Shown one piece after another: positions 1 through 14,299 of a DNA stretch of 64,000 bases. This DNA is from Eledone cirrhosa (taxonomy: Eukaryota). Numbering within the stretch: position 1 is the stretch's first letter; every line of letters begins with the position of its first letter. The translations under genes were made by a program, and so were the position numbers. The stretch is taken from positions 328,724,001 through 328,788,000 of the forward strand of contig OZ024741.1 of the NCBI GenBank assembly GCA_964016885.1. The letters are read 5' to 3'. Below the pieces are notes generated by a model, which did no database searches, was not told where the DNA came from, and worked only from the letters and a program-made list of their open reading frames with translations.

Positions 1-129
1 GGATTGGTCTGTCCCAGTCATTCATTGAGCAACATCGGTGAGGTTGGCACCATTAACTCACGGTTGGGTGTGGATGCATTCATGTATATGTGTGTGTCCG
101 CATGTATCTGTGTGTTTCTAAATATATTG

Positions 130-161
<32 letters not shown>

Positions 162-575
162 GTACACACACACATATATATACGTTACTTTTTCCTCGGT
201 GGGTTTTATTACAGTTTCTTAAAAAAGCATCTAAGGTGAGTGCGATATATATATATATATATCGTAATAAATATCCTGGCATTATACCAATTAAAAATTA
301 TATAAAAAAATATAATCGAATGAAGAAAATAATATTTTAGATATCATTTTTAGGACAAAATCTCATGTTAAAAGATGGAAGAAAAGAAAAATATTGGTGT
401 ATGACTATTACTCCTTTATAAATAAAGCACTTGGCATTCATTTAAAGAGAAAAGATTCATTTCCGCAACCATAGATATATTTATGGAATGCGTATGTACC
501 TATATATGTATGGATGTATATATGTATATATATATGTGCGTGTGTACATGTTTGTCTATGTATGTTTATATGTAC

Positions 576-607
<32 letters not shown>

Positions 608-704
608 GAAGATACAAAGCGTACATATAATTAAGTGTATATATGACAGCGGAAGAAACGAAAAACACTTTTCTATATATAGTTCAAGAAGTGTGTGTGT
701 GTAT

Positions 705-1313
705 TATATTATAATAGAATATAAAAGAAAAACGAACACAGACACATATATATATGTAGGTGCTCAAATCGTAAGGGGCCTGATTCGCTGAAGTGAAAAG
801 AATACTAACTATAGACAATAGGGTTCGCTTGTCTCAATTTAAGAAACAATTAAGAAAATAAATACAAACCGGAATTGTGGTAACTACCAATCACCAAGAC
901 AACTTGTTGTTGTTTCGCAAAGTTAATTGTGAATAGAAATACCAATCCAAGCTATTTTTAGTAGTGTGGGTTTATGAGACACGCTAGGATGCCATGTGCG
1001 CTATTTTATGTATTTTATATATAGCATACTTAGATGTGTCTAGGATACTAATTCATCACCTACTGATGAGCTTGGATTGGTATTTCTATTCACAATTAAC
1101 ATTGCGAAACAACAACAAGTTGTCTGGGTGATTGGTAGTTACCACAATTCCGGTTTGTATTTATTTTCTTGATTTTTTCTTAAATTGAGACAAGCGAACC
1201 CTATTGTCTATAGTTAGTATTCTTTTCACCTTAGCGAATCAGGTCCCTTACGATTTAAACACATGTATATATATATCTGTGTTCGCTTTTCTTTTATATT
1301 CTATTATAATATA
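705..1313. mobile_element. Non-coding fold-back element (~245-bp inverted arms) carrying a hammerhead motif; probable non-autonomous Penelope-like/retrozyme-like element
   Basis: 705-953 is the near-exact reverse complement of 1069-1313; 115-bp spacer; HHR at 1055-1132. Confidence 0.75.
1055..1132 (+). ncRNA. Type I hammerhead ribozyme motif
   Basis: Stem I atcaccta/tgggtgat; CTGATGA 1063-1069; GAAA 1106-1109; stem III acaac/gttgt; GUC cleavage triplet 1122-1124; stem II imperfect. Confidence 0.75.
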
Positions 1314-1957
1314 CGGCTCAGAAATATCTCTTTTTTAGAGCTATTTTATTGTAAGAGATTATTTTGAGTTCTTAACTCAATATATACCTTTGATATATAT
1401 GTTATATATATATATTTATATATATGCGTGCATATATATTTATGATAATATGCTATAATAAAATATAATATAACATAATTATAATACAATATATATATAT
1501 ATGTGGATTTGTGTACATGTATCACTATTACGTACCTTTTTATCAACATGTGGACAAATCTGATATTCTGATATTATTGAGAAACAGTTTTTTTGTGTTC
1601 GTTATTGTTTTTCATTGTGAGAGTAGGTTAAATATTGACTGAGGTTATTTTAAATAAATGTATCAGATTGTTTATTTTGGGAGGGAATAACGAGACTAAA
1701 TTAGAATTTCCTTTGGGAGAGGACCAGAAAATCTGTCAGATTAATTCAAATATTAAGATTAATTGTAGAAATTTGTTGAAATATAATAACGCATCAAATG
1801 GCTATCAGTGTTTTTTTTTTCTGTCAAATATCTTTAAAGGGATTTATATGTTGTTTTATTTGTCTGTATATATATATATACACACAAATAAAACAACATA
1901 TATATATGCATATATACCATATATATCATATATACATATATATATATATGCATATAT

Positions 1958-2013
<56 letters not shown>

Positions 2014-2222
2014 TGTGTGTGTGTGTGTTTCGTATGTCTGTGTATGTATATATGTATGTATATACAGAGCGAGAGAGTATTCTCTTTATTTTGGTTGATT
2101 ACTATTGCATTAAATTTAATCTCATTTTTATTTTGGCGTCGAATATTATTTCTTCTGGCGGAACTGCATCGGTATCGCTTTCTCATTCTCTCTCTTTCTC
2201 ACTTTTTCTCCCTTCCCCCACC

Positions 2223-2359
<137 letters not shown>

Positions 2360-2362
2360 CAA

Positions 2363-2396
<34 letters not shown>

Positions 2397-3068
2397 GACC
2401 AGACAAAGAAGTACAAATTCTTTTCTCTATTTTTCATTTAGCTATATTTCTACTTCATGTAGATTAATATGTATAAATATTTCTTTTGAACAAATGTTCG
2501 AACTTAGTTCCCAACTGCGGCAAAATATTATTAACAGGTTCTAAAGTGTGCCGGGTCCAAAACAATGTTTGTCAGCTGCTGGGTTAATGGGAAGGAGAAG
2601 AGAAATAACCTGTGAAGCTCTGGTGTAAAAAGAGGAAGAAAAAGGGCGGCCATGAAATGTTATCGCCTCTGCTTAAATCGAATAACTGGCCCTGCCCGAG
2701 GGCTTAATATATAGGACTTTGTATTTGCTTTTACCTCATGTAATATCTGTAGCGTTAAAAAGTGATCTGCGTGAATGTTTAACATCTAGAAAACATCTTC
2801 CTCAAGCTTGCGCCATGGAGAGGGAATTTATACGTGCAAGCCAATATTCGATTATTACCGACCTCTAATATCTTCCTTAATCTATACAAGTTAAAAATAA
2901 TTATTTCTAGTTTAGCCTCAAGCTTATAGATTTTGTGGTAGAGAGCAGCTAAATCTATAGATCTCAGTATTTGATTGGATTGAATTTCTTTAACGTGTCC
3001 CCGGATATATATCTAATTTTCACTGTACACACAACACTTCTGACCAGTTATCCGTTTTTTCTGTTTCA

Positions 3069-3456
3069 TTATATTCTTAACCCGTATCGAAGAGAGCTTG
3101 CTATGACATCTTGATATGAGAACTTGTGGCTACACCTTCTTAAAACAGGTGCAGGTTTCCAAAGCACCAAAGAGGACACGGCTTCATGTGAAGCCCGATG
3201 ACAATGACCAGTAAACCTCAGCCTCTTTCTACGTATGACATCAGTTATTTGTGACAGGCCATTATATACCTCTCGGAGATTCGCGTATTGCCTCCAGCAT
3301 GTTTTGAGAGCGTCTGAGAAGTGATGTATAGGCTCCGTCAAGACGTCTGTGCTGCTTGACTGAGAGTGACCAAGTCTCACTACCACAGAGTAGTCTTGGC
3401 TGGATTGTGACTTGGAAGAGGCTAACTTTGGAGGAATTAGGAAGACTGGAGGCCAA
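3069..3456 (-). pseudogene. Degenerate RTE/RTEX-clade LINE fragment (region after the RT)
   Basis: Frameshifted ORFs: KVSLFQVTIQPRLLCGSETWSL...RLDGAYTSLLR and QITDVIRRKRLRFTGHCHR, matching the RTE-type LLYGSETW and LRFAGH motifs. Confidence 0.7.
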
Positions 3457-3640
3457 ATAATTGTTCTAATTTTGGTATAAGGCCCGCAATTACATCAATT
3501 TATTTTAACGACCCCATAAGGATGAAAGGCGAAGCTAACCTCGGCGAGATGTGAACTCAGAGCGCAAAGGGTCATAACTCCACCCTGAAAAGCATGGTGT
3601 TTGACGCTCTACCGATACTGCCAATTCACGCTCTTTCGGA
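3455..3640 (-). mobile_element. tRNA-derived SINE copy (family A)
   Basis: Similar to 16412-16597 (acgaccccataaggatgaaaggc...gaactcag...ctctaccgatactgccaat). Confidence 0.7.
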
Positions 3641-3764
3641 GTGCCAAATAATACAATCTAACTTGTTGTAAGCTGACAATGCTTGGCTTTCCTGGTGGTA
3701 ACGTCCTTTCCAGAATCCTTGATCCAAGACCCGAGATACATAATGTCTTTGACCAGCATAATGG

Positions 3765-3975
3765 TTTCGGATTTAGGGACAAGGTCGACAATTTGGGGAG
3801 AGCGGAAAGACAATTATGTCCACCCCAGTGCATTGCTGGTACTTTATTTTATCGACCCCCCTAATGATGATAGGCAAAGCTAACCCCGACAGCATTTGAA
3901 CGGAACGTAAATACCGTAGCTATATTCCGCAAAGTATGTTGCCTGACGCTCTTCTGATGTAGCCCTCACCAGCTA
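3765..3975 (-). mobile_element. tRNA-derived SINE copy (family A), diverged
   Basis: ctggtactttattttatcgacccc...ggcaaag...atttgaac. Confidence 0.65.
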
Positions 3976-4420
3976 CATAATAAAAAGCTTTTTAATACTA
4001 CTGAATCCCTCCAAATTATTGATTATTTTAAAAGTGTCTTTCATTTGGAATATACTAAAGACAGTGTTGTGTTCCAAACACCAGCTTGATGACGAAAACT
4101 TTAGTTGTACTCGTATGTTTTAAACATAGTTGAATATCAGCTTATCAATAATGGTATGTACTAATTGACATTTAATTATATATAAAATAAATCAAATCAG
4201 ACATTCTAGTCTAACAGCTTTTTCTATATATTCATGTATGTATTATCAAAACTATATATTTTTTTAATAGCGATTTTAAATTGAACATTGTTAGCAAATA
4301 TATTAAGATATTTATTGTAGTTCTGAATTTAAAATACATATATTTTCTCTTTTACATTCTACTGAATGGCCATTAGTGTATTATCAAATCAAATGACAAA
4401 CCCTTGAAATCACATTAGAG

Positions 4421-4663
4421 ACATTTTGAAATATAATGTCCAGGCAAAAACACAAAGGAAATATTTTCGCAAATGTGTATATATATATATGTGTGTGAAT
4501 GAAGTAATTCCATCGGAAAAGTCCAGGAAAAAAGAGTGCTCTATGTAGGCAACAGAGCTTAATTATTATTATTATGTATATATTATATAAATGTATATAT
4601 ATATATACATTTGCGAAAATATTTCCTTTGTGTTCTTGGCTGGACATTATGTTTCAAAATGTA
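4421..4663. repeat. Short inverted-repeat element (~65-bp arms)
   Basis: acattttgaaatataatgtcc...tttcgcaaatgt (4421-4475) versus acatttgcgaaaat...tttcaaaatgt (4607-4662). Confidence 0.75.
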
Positions 4664-4687
4664 TGTATATGTATATATATATATATG

Positions 4688-4737
<50 letters not shown>

Positions 4738-4750
4738 CCCGTTCCATTTT

Positions 4751-4781
<31 letters not shown>

Positions 4782-4786
<5 letters not shown>

Positions 4787-5711
4787 TTTATCATTTATTT
4801 TGTTTGACCTGTTTAGCTTGACTTGTTTTTTGGTTTAGGTGGTTAATGCCTTCTTGACCACTTTTTCAGTTTTGTATGGCGTTATAACATATATGTTTAG
4901 ATCTGGTTTTTTAACTATGGAGCGCTTGCCAGCATAACTCTGATTTTGCGTTTCGTTTCGCTTTTTCTACCCGCCGAAATGCGATTCTCGATGAATTTAT
5001 ATTTGTATTAATCTTCCGAATCTTACAATTAACCTGTTAATAATTCTATTGACAGATTAATTGCATAAGTTTATTTAAAAGCTACCCGGTTGAGTGCTTA
5101 TTCGATTTGTGCTATTTATGCAATTTTTTGCATGATTTACACATACTGAATTCATTTGCCAAAATTTGGGGTTTTTCCCCTTGTGAGTTACGCATGTGCT
5201 TTTACAAAGCCTTGCGTCATTCACAAAGTGGGCGCAGAGCAAAATACCTGTTGATAACGTGATATTCCTTGTTCGATCATTATACCAAAAGCTTATAGTT
5301 TTAAGCAGACAGTATTATTGATTTATGTGTCATAGAAACCCTGAATTTGGATTTTACCTTCAATTCCAATGGGTCGAGGTCGGTTATATATGTGTATATG
5401 TATATATATTTATATATATGATTTTATCATTTATTTTGTTTGACCTGTTTAGCTTGACTTGTATTTTGGCATAGGTGGTTAATGCCTTCTTGACCACTTT
5501 TTCAGTTTTGTCCGGCGTTTTAACATATATGTTTAGCTCTGGTTTTTTAACTATGGAACGCTTGCCAGCGTAACTCTGATTTTGCGTTTTGCTTCACTTT
5601 TTCTACCCGCCGAAATGCGATTCTCGCTGAATTTATATATATATATATATATATATATAAGCATATATATTTATACATATATACATACACTTACATATAT
5701 ATATATTTATT

Positions 5712-5790
<79 letters not shown>

Positions 5791-5873
5791 GTATATCTAT
5801 ATTTATATGTATATATATATAAATAAATATATATATATATGTAAGTGTATGTATATATGTATCAATATATATG

Positions 5874-5965
<92 letters not shown>

Positions 5966-6174
5966 AATATAATTCCTCGAGAATCGTATTTCGGGTGGTA
6001 GAAAAAGCGAAAACGCAAAATCGTAGACTTGGTGGCAAGCGCTCAATAGTTAAAAAAACCCAGAGCTAAACAATATGTTAAAACGCCTTACAAACTGAAA
6101 AAGTGGTTAAGAAGGCATTAACCACCTAAGCCAAAAAACAAATCAAGCTAAACAGGTCAAACAAAATAAATGAT
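4782..6174. mobile_element. Non-coding repeat with tandem plus inverted architecture (pseudo-LTR-like), embedded in (TA)n
   Basis: 4782-5003 repeated directly at 5418-5637 (period ~636) and inverted at ~5963-6174; diverged relative at ~37480-37680. Confidence 0.7.
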
Positions 6175-6376
6175 ATATATATATGTATAAGCATATATAT
6201 TTATAAGCATATATATATATAAACATATATATAAGCATATATATTTATACATATATACCTACACTTACATATATATATATATATTTATTTATATATATAT
6301 ATACACATATATATATAAATAAATACATATATATGTAAGTGTATGTATATATGTATAAATATATATAATATATATG

Positions 6377-6437
<61 letters not shown>

Positions 6438-6513
6438 CGAAGGAAATGTGGTAAGGAATCAGGTGGACCATAACGCACCAAAGTACTCAATACTTGTGGT
6501 AGTAGAGTGGGTA

Positions 6514-6690
6514 ATAGGAACCAGTAAGACCCCGACAGCTGAGCTCAAGCCGTTTCGACGGCTAATTCTGGACCAGAATTCTGGTCCACAATTAGCCGTC
6601 GAAACGGCTAATTCTGGTCGAAACGGCTAATTCTGGTCCAGAATTAGCCGTCGAAACGGCTTGAGCTCAGCTGTCGGGGTCTTACTGGTT

Positions 6691-6695
<5 letters not shown>
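6514..6695. repeat. Nested palindrome built around the 3' half of a hammerhead-like motif
   Basis: ataggaaccagtaagaccccgacagctgagctcaagccgtttcgacggctaattctgg is mirrored at the right end; internal reiterations of the gacggctaattctgg/ccagaattagccgtc hairpin. Confidence 0.8.
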
Positions 6696-7349
<654 letters not shown>

Positions 7350-7416
7350 TACACTTACATATATATATATTTAATTATATATATATACATATATATATAT
7401 ATGTATATATATATGT

Positions 7417-7457
<41 letters not shown>

Positions 7458-7533
7458 CAAAGGGATATCAAGTAAAACTTGAACCGTTAAGGTCTCATTC
7501 CTGGATATGTCAATATTTATAAAACAAACTTTG

Positions 7534-7582
7534 TATTTTATCTGATGAGTTTTGGTACGCTTGAAATATATATAATAGAATA
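7534..7582 (+). ncRNA. Degenerate minimal hammerhead motif (same family as 47339-47404)
   Basis: tattttat-CTGATGA-gttttggtacgctt-GAAA-tatata-TA-atagaata; 8-bp stem I, poor stem II; flanks similar to 47300-47445. Confidence 0.55.
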
Positions 7583-7625
7583 TATATGTTTTATAAATAT
7601 AGTTTCCATTTATTAATATCATTGA

Positions 7626-7736
<111 letters not shown>

Positions 7737-7800
7737 ATATATATATATTTATACATAGGGTGCGCGTGTGTGTGTGTAGTTATATGCCTATACACACACG

Positions 7801-7843
<43 letters not shown>

Positions 7844-8929
7844 GTGTGTGTGTGTGTGTGTGTGTGTATTAATGACACGACTGTGTTCAAGTTTAACTTT
7901 TGATAATGATTTTCATATCTCTCAAACAGTCTGTAATATATAATTTGGAACAATGATGTTCCTCATTTCTTGTGGGGAGGCATTTTTTTAGACTTCAGGC
8001 ATTTCACCCCTCGCTATGCAGCGTTGGAATGCCATGCATGATCCTGTAACTTCTAATGGTGTTGCAAGGGCGCCGTATTGGCATATTGCGTGTCTAAGCT
8101 ATCTTTTGGCGGAGCCTATCTCCTCTCTCGGTCTGAATACACAGATTTCTCTCTGCCCAGGGTTGTAGTAATTTAAGCTAAATTTTGTAAACCTTTTACT
8201 AGAAAAGAGCCGATTCTATCTATCTCAGTCTTTCACTGGAGTGAATTATTTTAACCCGCAAAATGTAAGTTCTATCTGAATGAGAATTCATACGAGGACG
8301 TAAAAGGAAGCAAATTCATTCCACAATCCATTTTATTCGTTGCCACCCACCCCATCATTTTTATGTTTCTGCCATGCACTACCTTTCCGGTGGTTTAAAT
8401 TTATTGATTTCTTCGATGCTTGAAGGATGTAAAGCAAATTTTCCTTTGCTAGATTTGATCACTGAAAGTAAAGAGGCTGGAGAAATAACGCAATTGCATT
8501 TTACGACGACGTAGTAATATTGTATAGATTTATAGATAATTCAGTAATTATAGACTATGTAGTTCTAAAGCATTAACATTAAGTGGCGTCAACGTATTAC
8601 AAATGAACGTTTATACGGCAACTTGCCCAATATAACAACTACAATTGCTCAAAGACAGTTATGATTTACAGGACATTGCTGGAGAAGTAAGCAGAAAGTT
8701 TATGGGAACCATCTGACGGGAGATGATGTAGTAGAGAAAGAGCTGCTCGAACTTTCATCGATCAATTCCCCGACGATACAAACCTCAGTAGGGAGCATTT
8801 CCCAGGACCAATGGAAAGTCATGAATTGTAGGAGTTCACCTTCCTTCACAATGCTTAATAAAGCTTCTAAACAACATATATTTTTATTTTTGTGTTTGAT
8901 CTCCATCACTTTTGACGACAATTTCTCCA

Positions 8930-9192
8930 GGTGTTGGTACAATAGAACAACTAGATCGTGAAATTAACATGCAAGTGGCAGCGCATTCCATGGATACGTG
9001 CGCCCTTAACGCACAAATTCAGCGTGAAACAGTAATAAGACTGTTTGTTTGCATTACATGTATAACATATTTTGCCTATCTGAGTGGACTGCAATAACGT
9101 GTAGTAAAGTGTCTTGCTTAAGCACAATGATACAACGTGTCGGCAAGAATTGAACCTATAAACTTACAAATACATTACAACTAAGCCACGAA
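8930..9192 (-). mobile_element. Degenerate SINE copy (family B)
   Basis: ctagatcgtgaaattaacatgcaagtggc...gtgtcttgct...aattgaacc...ctaagccacg; related segment at ~30515-30620. Confidence 0.5.
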
Positions 9193-9812
9193 TACAGCAA
9201 CCACTAAGCCATGAATACACACTAAACTAAGACACGAATACAGCAACCATTAAGTCAAGAATACACCAACCAGTAAGAGGTGAACAGACCTAGGAATATA
9301 CAACCCACTAAGCGGCGGATTCACTAAAAAAATACACTACGCGAATACACTTACGAATACACTAATCACTAAGCCACGCGGAACACTTACGAATACACTA
9401 ACCACTAAGCCACGGGGATACACTTATGAATACACTAACCACTAAGCCACGCGCATACACTTACTAATACATCAACCACTAAGCCACGGATACACTTACT
9501 AATACACTAACCACTAAGCCACGCAGATACACTTACGAATACACTAACCACTAAGCCACGCAGATACACTTACGAATACACTAACCACTAAGCCACGCAT
9601 ATACACTTACGAATACACTAACCACTAAGCCACGCAGATACACATACGAATACACTAATCACTAAGCCACGCGCATACATTTATGAATACAATAACCACT
9701 AAGCCACACGCAGCATACACTTACGAATACACTTACGAATATACTAACCACTAATCCATGCGGATAAACTTATGAATACACTTACGAATACAGTAACCAA
9801 TAAGCTACGCAG
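9180..9812. repeat. 37-bp minisatellite (gaatacactaaccactaagccacgcagatacacttac)
   Basis: At least 12 recognisable tandem units, most homogeneous at 9500-9660. Confidence 0.9.
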
Positions 9813-10395
9813 CGTCGCAATAAACAAATAATATTGCAGTGAAAACAATGAAGATTGTACTTTAAAAGGAAATAGATATGATATACCATTGTCGAGCTAT
9901 ACCACAGGCAAGTCAATTATTTACGCTATATCAGTAGACGTTGCTGACGGTAGATTTTATTTGCTAATGCATTATATAAAGTAAAGCAATAAATTATTTG
10001 GTCCCGTACGGACTTCCATAATATCTTAAAATAAAAGCATTAATGATGACAGTAATAATTCACTAAGTTATCTATCTTGATTTCGACGGGAATGGATGAA
10101 TATTGACGTAATATTATACACACACATGTATGCGTGTGTGTGTGTGTGTGTATGTAGGCGTACGTGTGTGTATGTGTATGTATAGCGTAATGGGACATAA
10201 AATACAAAGTCTTGTAATCTATTCCGTACAGAGGGACGAATTTTATTAGAGAATGAGAGTATACCTGCAAAGAAATTTGTTGTTTGGGAGGGAGAGGGGA
10301 CTGTATCAACCCCGAATGCTTTGTGGTAAAATATGACCTGCTGAACGAATATAGGGAAACGTAGACTGGTAGGATGGATGGAGTACCATGCTAAT

Positions 10396-10545
10396 AATTG
10401 TTTCTACTTTTGGCACAAGGCCAGCAATTACCCCAGTGTATTAATGGTACTTTATTTTATCGACCCCGTAAGGATAAAAGGCAATATTAACCTCAGCCGG
10501 ATTTGAACTCAGATGATAAAGGGTCGTAACTCTATGTTGCAAGAG
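10396..10545 (-). mobile_element. tRNA-derived SINE copy (family A)
   Basis: tttctacttttggcacaaggccagcaat...ggtactttattttatcgacccc...atttgaactcaga. Confidence 0.75.
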
Positions 10546-10816
10546 GACAAAGCTGGTTCAATATAGTAGATTTGGCTGACAAAATTTAAAAGGATTTCAA
10601 AGAAATTCAAAGGGATTGTGTTTGCATGTCTCTACGAAGTGACAGCCAGAAGAAGAATTAACCGAAACTTCGATGTCACTGCCACAATTTTGTTCAGAAT
10701 ACATATATATCTTAAAGTTTGCTCATATATATTCAGTGTTCACTCAGTTAATATTTGATGGGCTTATGATCACAACTCTCTAAAACAACCACGTCCCTTT
10801 CTCTGTCATGCTCTCT

Positions 10817-10890
<74 letters not shown>

Positions 10891-10935
10891 ATCTATCTAT
10901 CTTTTTCTTTCTCTCTATGTATGTATATGTATATG

Positions 10936-10983
<48 letters not shown>

Positions 10984-11007
10984 TGTGACTGTGTGTATGT
11001 ATATATC

Positions 11008-11068
<61 letters not shown>

Positions 11069-11377
11069 CTCTCTCCAGAATGCTATTCTCCAATACAGAT
11101 GATACAGATAAATGGATATCAAACACAGGGCTAGGGAAGAGCTGCTAATGTACAAACACAGGTGAGGTGGAGAGATGCGTTCCACCATTCAGCCATCTTA
11201 AATTTATGTCTTTAAAGCGTGGTCGTGTGATATGTTGTCTTTTCCATTGAACCAATAGCATTGCAGTAAGTTATGGAAAATAAATAATTATACGGTAGTC
11301 TTGTATTTGTTTTTGTTTATCATATTTGTTGTTGTATTATTTATTGTATATTTTAGGAAGCAGTGATTTGTCTGAGT

Positions 11378-11515
11378 CGGCAAATCGTTGGATAGAATGG
11401 TTGGCGACATTTGTTCCTGCTCTGTGTGCTCTGATTTCCAAACCCGCCGAGGTCAAATTTGACTGTCATCATTTCTAGGTCATTAAAAATGTACCAGCTC
11501 AGTATTGACAGCGAT
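11378..11515 (+). mobile_element. tRNA-derived SINE copy (family A), diverged
   Basis: cccgccgaggtcaaatttgactgtcatc...aaaatgtaccag. Confidence 0.55.
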
Positions 11516-11562
11516 CCCCCCCTCTCTCCCACTCTCTCTCTATATCTATCTATCTATCTTTG

Positions 11563-12896
11563 CACTGACCCAGAAGTGGGCCGAGTGCAAACTGTCCCTG
11601 AAAGGTCGGGCGGAGGTGGCGAACACTTATATAGCGTCCGTCATCTACTACCGCCTGACCGTTGTGCCTTGCCCAAGGGAAACGCTCGCCAAAATGGAGC
11701 GCACACTCTTCCAATTCCTTTGGAAGAAGCGGGCTCCTATGGTGAGGAAAATCCATCTGCTGTCAACACCCTTCGAAAGGAGGGCAGGGGATGCCGTGGC
11801 TAATGATACGTAAATACGCATTAAGGCTACGGCACCTTCAGGTATTCCTCTCCAGTCAACCGGTGTGGGCCCCGTTTGTGAGGCGAGCCTTTCCCAGACT
11901 CGTCTCACTCACCGAGCTGCAATCCTGGGTCAAGCAAAGACCGAGAAAACTGGGCCCCTGGCACACCGAGTGTGCCCAGGCGCTCACGGCTCTCTGGCAG
12001 GCGGACCCTATAGAGGGCTGGTGGTTAGCAGGTGCGACGACGCCCTCGGAGAAGCCCTAGGCATGAAGAAATACGAACTGGCCAACCTGTTCGGTAGGAC
12101 ATTCAGCCCGGGACCCATGGATAACTTCCAGAGGTCCCTGGCCTGGCAATGCTACAGAAGGGCTCTGCCCGTTCGAGAAAGGCTCTACAGACACGGGCGC
12201 CCGGGTAGGGACCCCTCGAAAAAGATCTGTCCCAGATGCGTGTGCGACGAGGAAACCGTTGCACACGCATTGGTACACTGCTCGGGTATTGCCGATCTGT
12301 GGGGCTATGTCGAACAACTGCTGTCAAGAGTGGGACCGATCCGGTTGACCACCGAGTCTATTGTAACGATCAAGCCGCCTCCCCTCTTCAAAAATGAAGA
12401 AGAGGCGGTGTTTCTGTGCGTAATAGCCATGGCGAAAGAGGTTGTATGGTGGTTGCGTCTGAAAGGACTGAGGTCAGACACCTTTCTCTCTGGCCAACAA
12501 CTGGTCCGTTTCTTCCGATATCATTTCGGAAGAAGGATCAGGATGGAGAGAGAGGTGCTGCACCCCAGCCGTTTTTATGAAAGAATGGCCCGTGTGAATG
12601 GGCCTTCACTCTACATTAGACTATAGGTGAGGAAGATGAAAGACCAAGGGAGCACCCCTTCTCTGTGCTCCTGAGGAAAAGGGTTGCACACTTTTTTTCG
12701 TGGGGGGGGGGGGTGCGACCCCCCAAGGCGCCTCCTCTCTATTGAGGACTTTGTTATAAATTTTATTTTTTGTTATATTTTATTTTATTTTTATATATTG
12801 TTATTGCCTCTTCCTTATTGAGGACGCCTTGTTTTGTAAACTCCCCCCATTGTACTTGTCCCACTTTTGATGCTCTGGTGGCAAATAAAAGAAACA
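11563..12896 (+). mobile_element. 5'-truncated Tx1/L1-clade LINE (ORF2 C-terminus plus 3' UTR)
   Basis: WAECKLSLKGRAEVANTYI...CPRCVCDEETVAHALVHC (CCHC), frameshifted; homologous to the other three copies; ends tggcaaataaaagaaac; lies in a (TCTA)n/(TC)n tract. Confidence 0.85.
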
Positions 12897-12944
12897 TATC
12901 TATATATCTATCTATCTGTATGTCTATCTAGACACACACACATA

Positions 12945-12977
<33 letters not shown>

Positions 12978-13214
12978 CTCTCTCTCTCTCTCTCTCTCTC
13001 TCCTTCTCTCTCTCTCTTCCTTTCTCTGACCAACTCTGTGAAAGATCGGGGCTCCAACCCATTCAGCAGCATAAAAATCGAAAATGACTGTAATTCCAAG
13101 CAGCAACCGTGTTACACACTGTGTCATTCTGAATTAAACTAAAATATTGGAACACTCAACCACGAAACCGACGGAGGCTCAGCTGTTTTATTGGTTAATA
13201 TTATTCTATAATAG

Positions 13215-13375
13215 CGGCTGCAAATTTATAGAGTCGTTAGAACGTAGAATAGAATGCTTTGCTGTATTCTTTCTGGTTCTCTGCTCACTGAGTTCAAATC
13301 CAGCAAAGGTCAACTTTGCATTTCATCCATTCAAGGTTGATTTAAAAAAAGAACCTGTGTAGTACTGCGGTTGAT
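13215..13375 (+). mobile_element. tRNA-derived SINE copy (family A)
   Basis: B-box gagttcaaatcc followed by caactttgcatttcatcc. Confidence 0.65.
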
Positions 13376-14066
13376 ATTTCCTCTGTATCTCTTTCTCACA
13401 TCCTCTCTTTCACTTTCTATCATTCATTAGAAGATATCTGTTATATTCAGACCTGGAGAGGAGTTCGGCTCCACAAGGTTTTAAAAATAGGCCCTAGAAA
13501 CAGCGCATTTTAATAGCGCGCTCCTACGAACACCCTCAGGAGTTACGGGACAACACATGCATGATTTCATAGTATTCATTAGGAGCCAGGTGTATGTAGA
13601 TGATACGCTGATTAACTGAATCTGTTATGTGGAAAATTCCCCAGACAATTGCAAAACATTGCTCTGCTATTTATATCACTATCATTTTAGTTAATCAGAT
13701 AGATCGATCTTCTGAAACGTTCTGAATCAGACTTTTGTGTTTTTTACCTTCGTTTGTCTGTGGGGGTGGTATTGTGGTAGAATGTAGTTTATTTATCATG
13801 GGAGAGTAATAATTGAGGATTTGGTTCATTATTTTTATGTAAAATATATTCTTGTATTCCTTTACTTGTTTCAGCCATTGCGGCCATGCTGTAACGCGAT
13901 CTATATTTTCATCGAGCATGTCGACCTAAGCACAATGTTCTTTCTCAGCTCCAGTATTTATTCTATCGACCTCTTTCTTTCTCTCGAATAGCTACGTTTC
14001 GTGAAATAAACATAGACATGGTCACGGCCACACACACAGAAATACACTCACACACACACACATATA

Positions 14067-14099
<33 letters not shown>

Positions 14100-14131
14100 T
14101 ATTTCTGTTTACCTTTTACATACATATATAG

Positions 14132-14162
<31 letters not shown>

Positions 14163-14170
14163 TATGTATA

Positions 14171-14290
<120 letters not shown>

Positions 14291-14299
14291 AAAGGTAAA

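Noticed and set aside
9180-9812. CRISPR-like regular ~37-bp repeats
   Set aside because: Contiguous tandem units with no unique spacers, no cas genes, eukaryotic context
13590-13615. VYVDDTLI resembling an RT catalytic motif
   Set aside because: No supporting RT motifs in frame nearby
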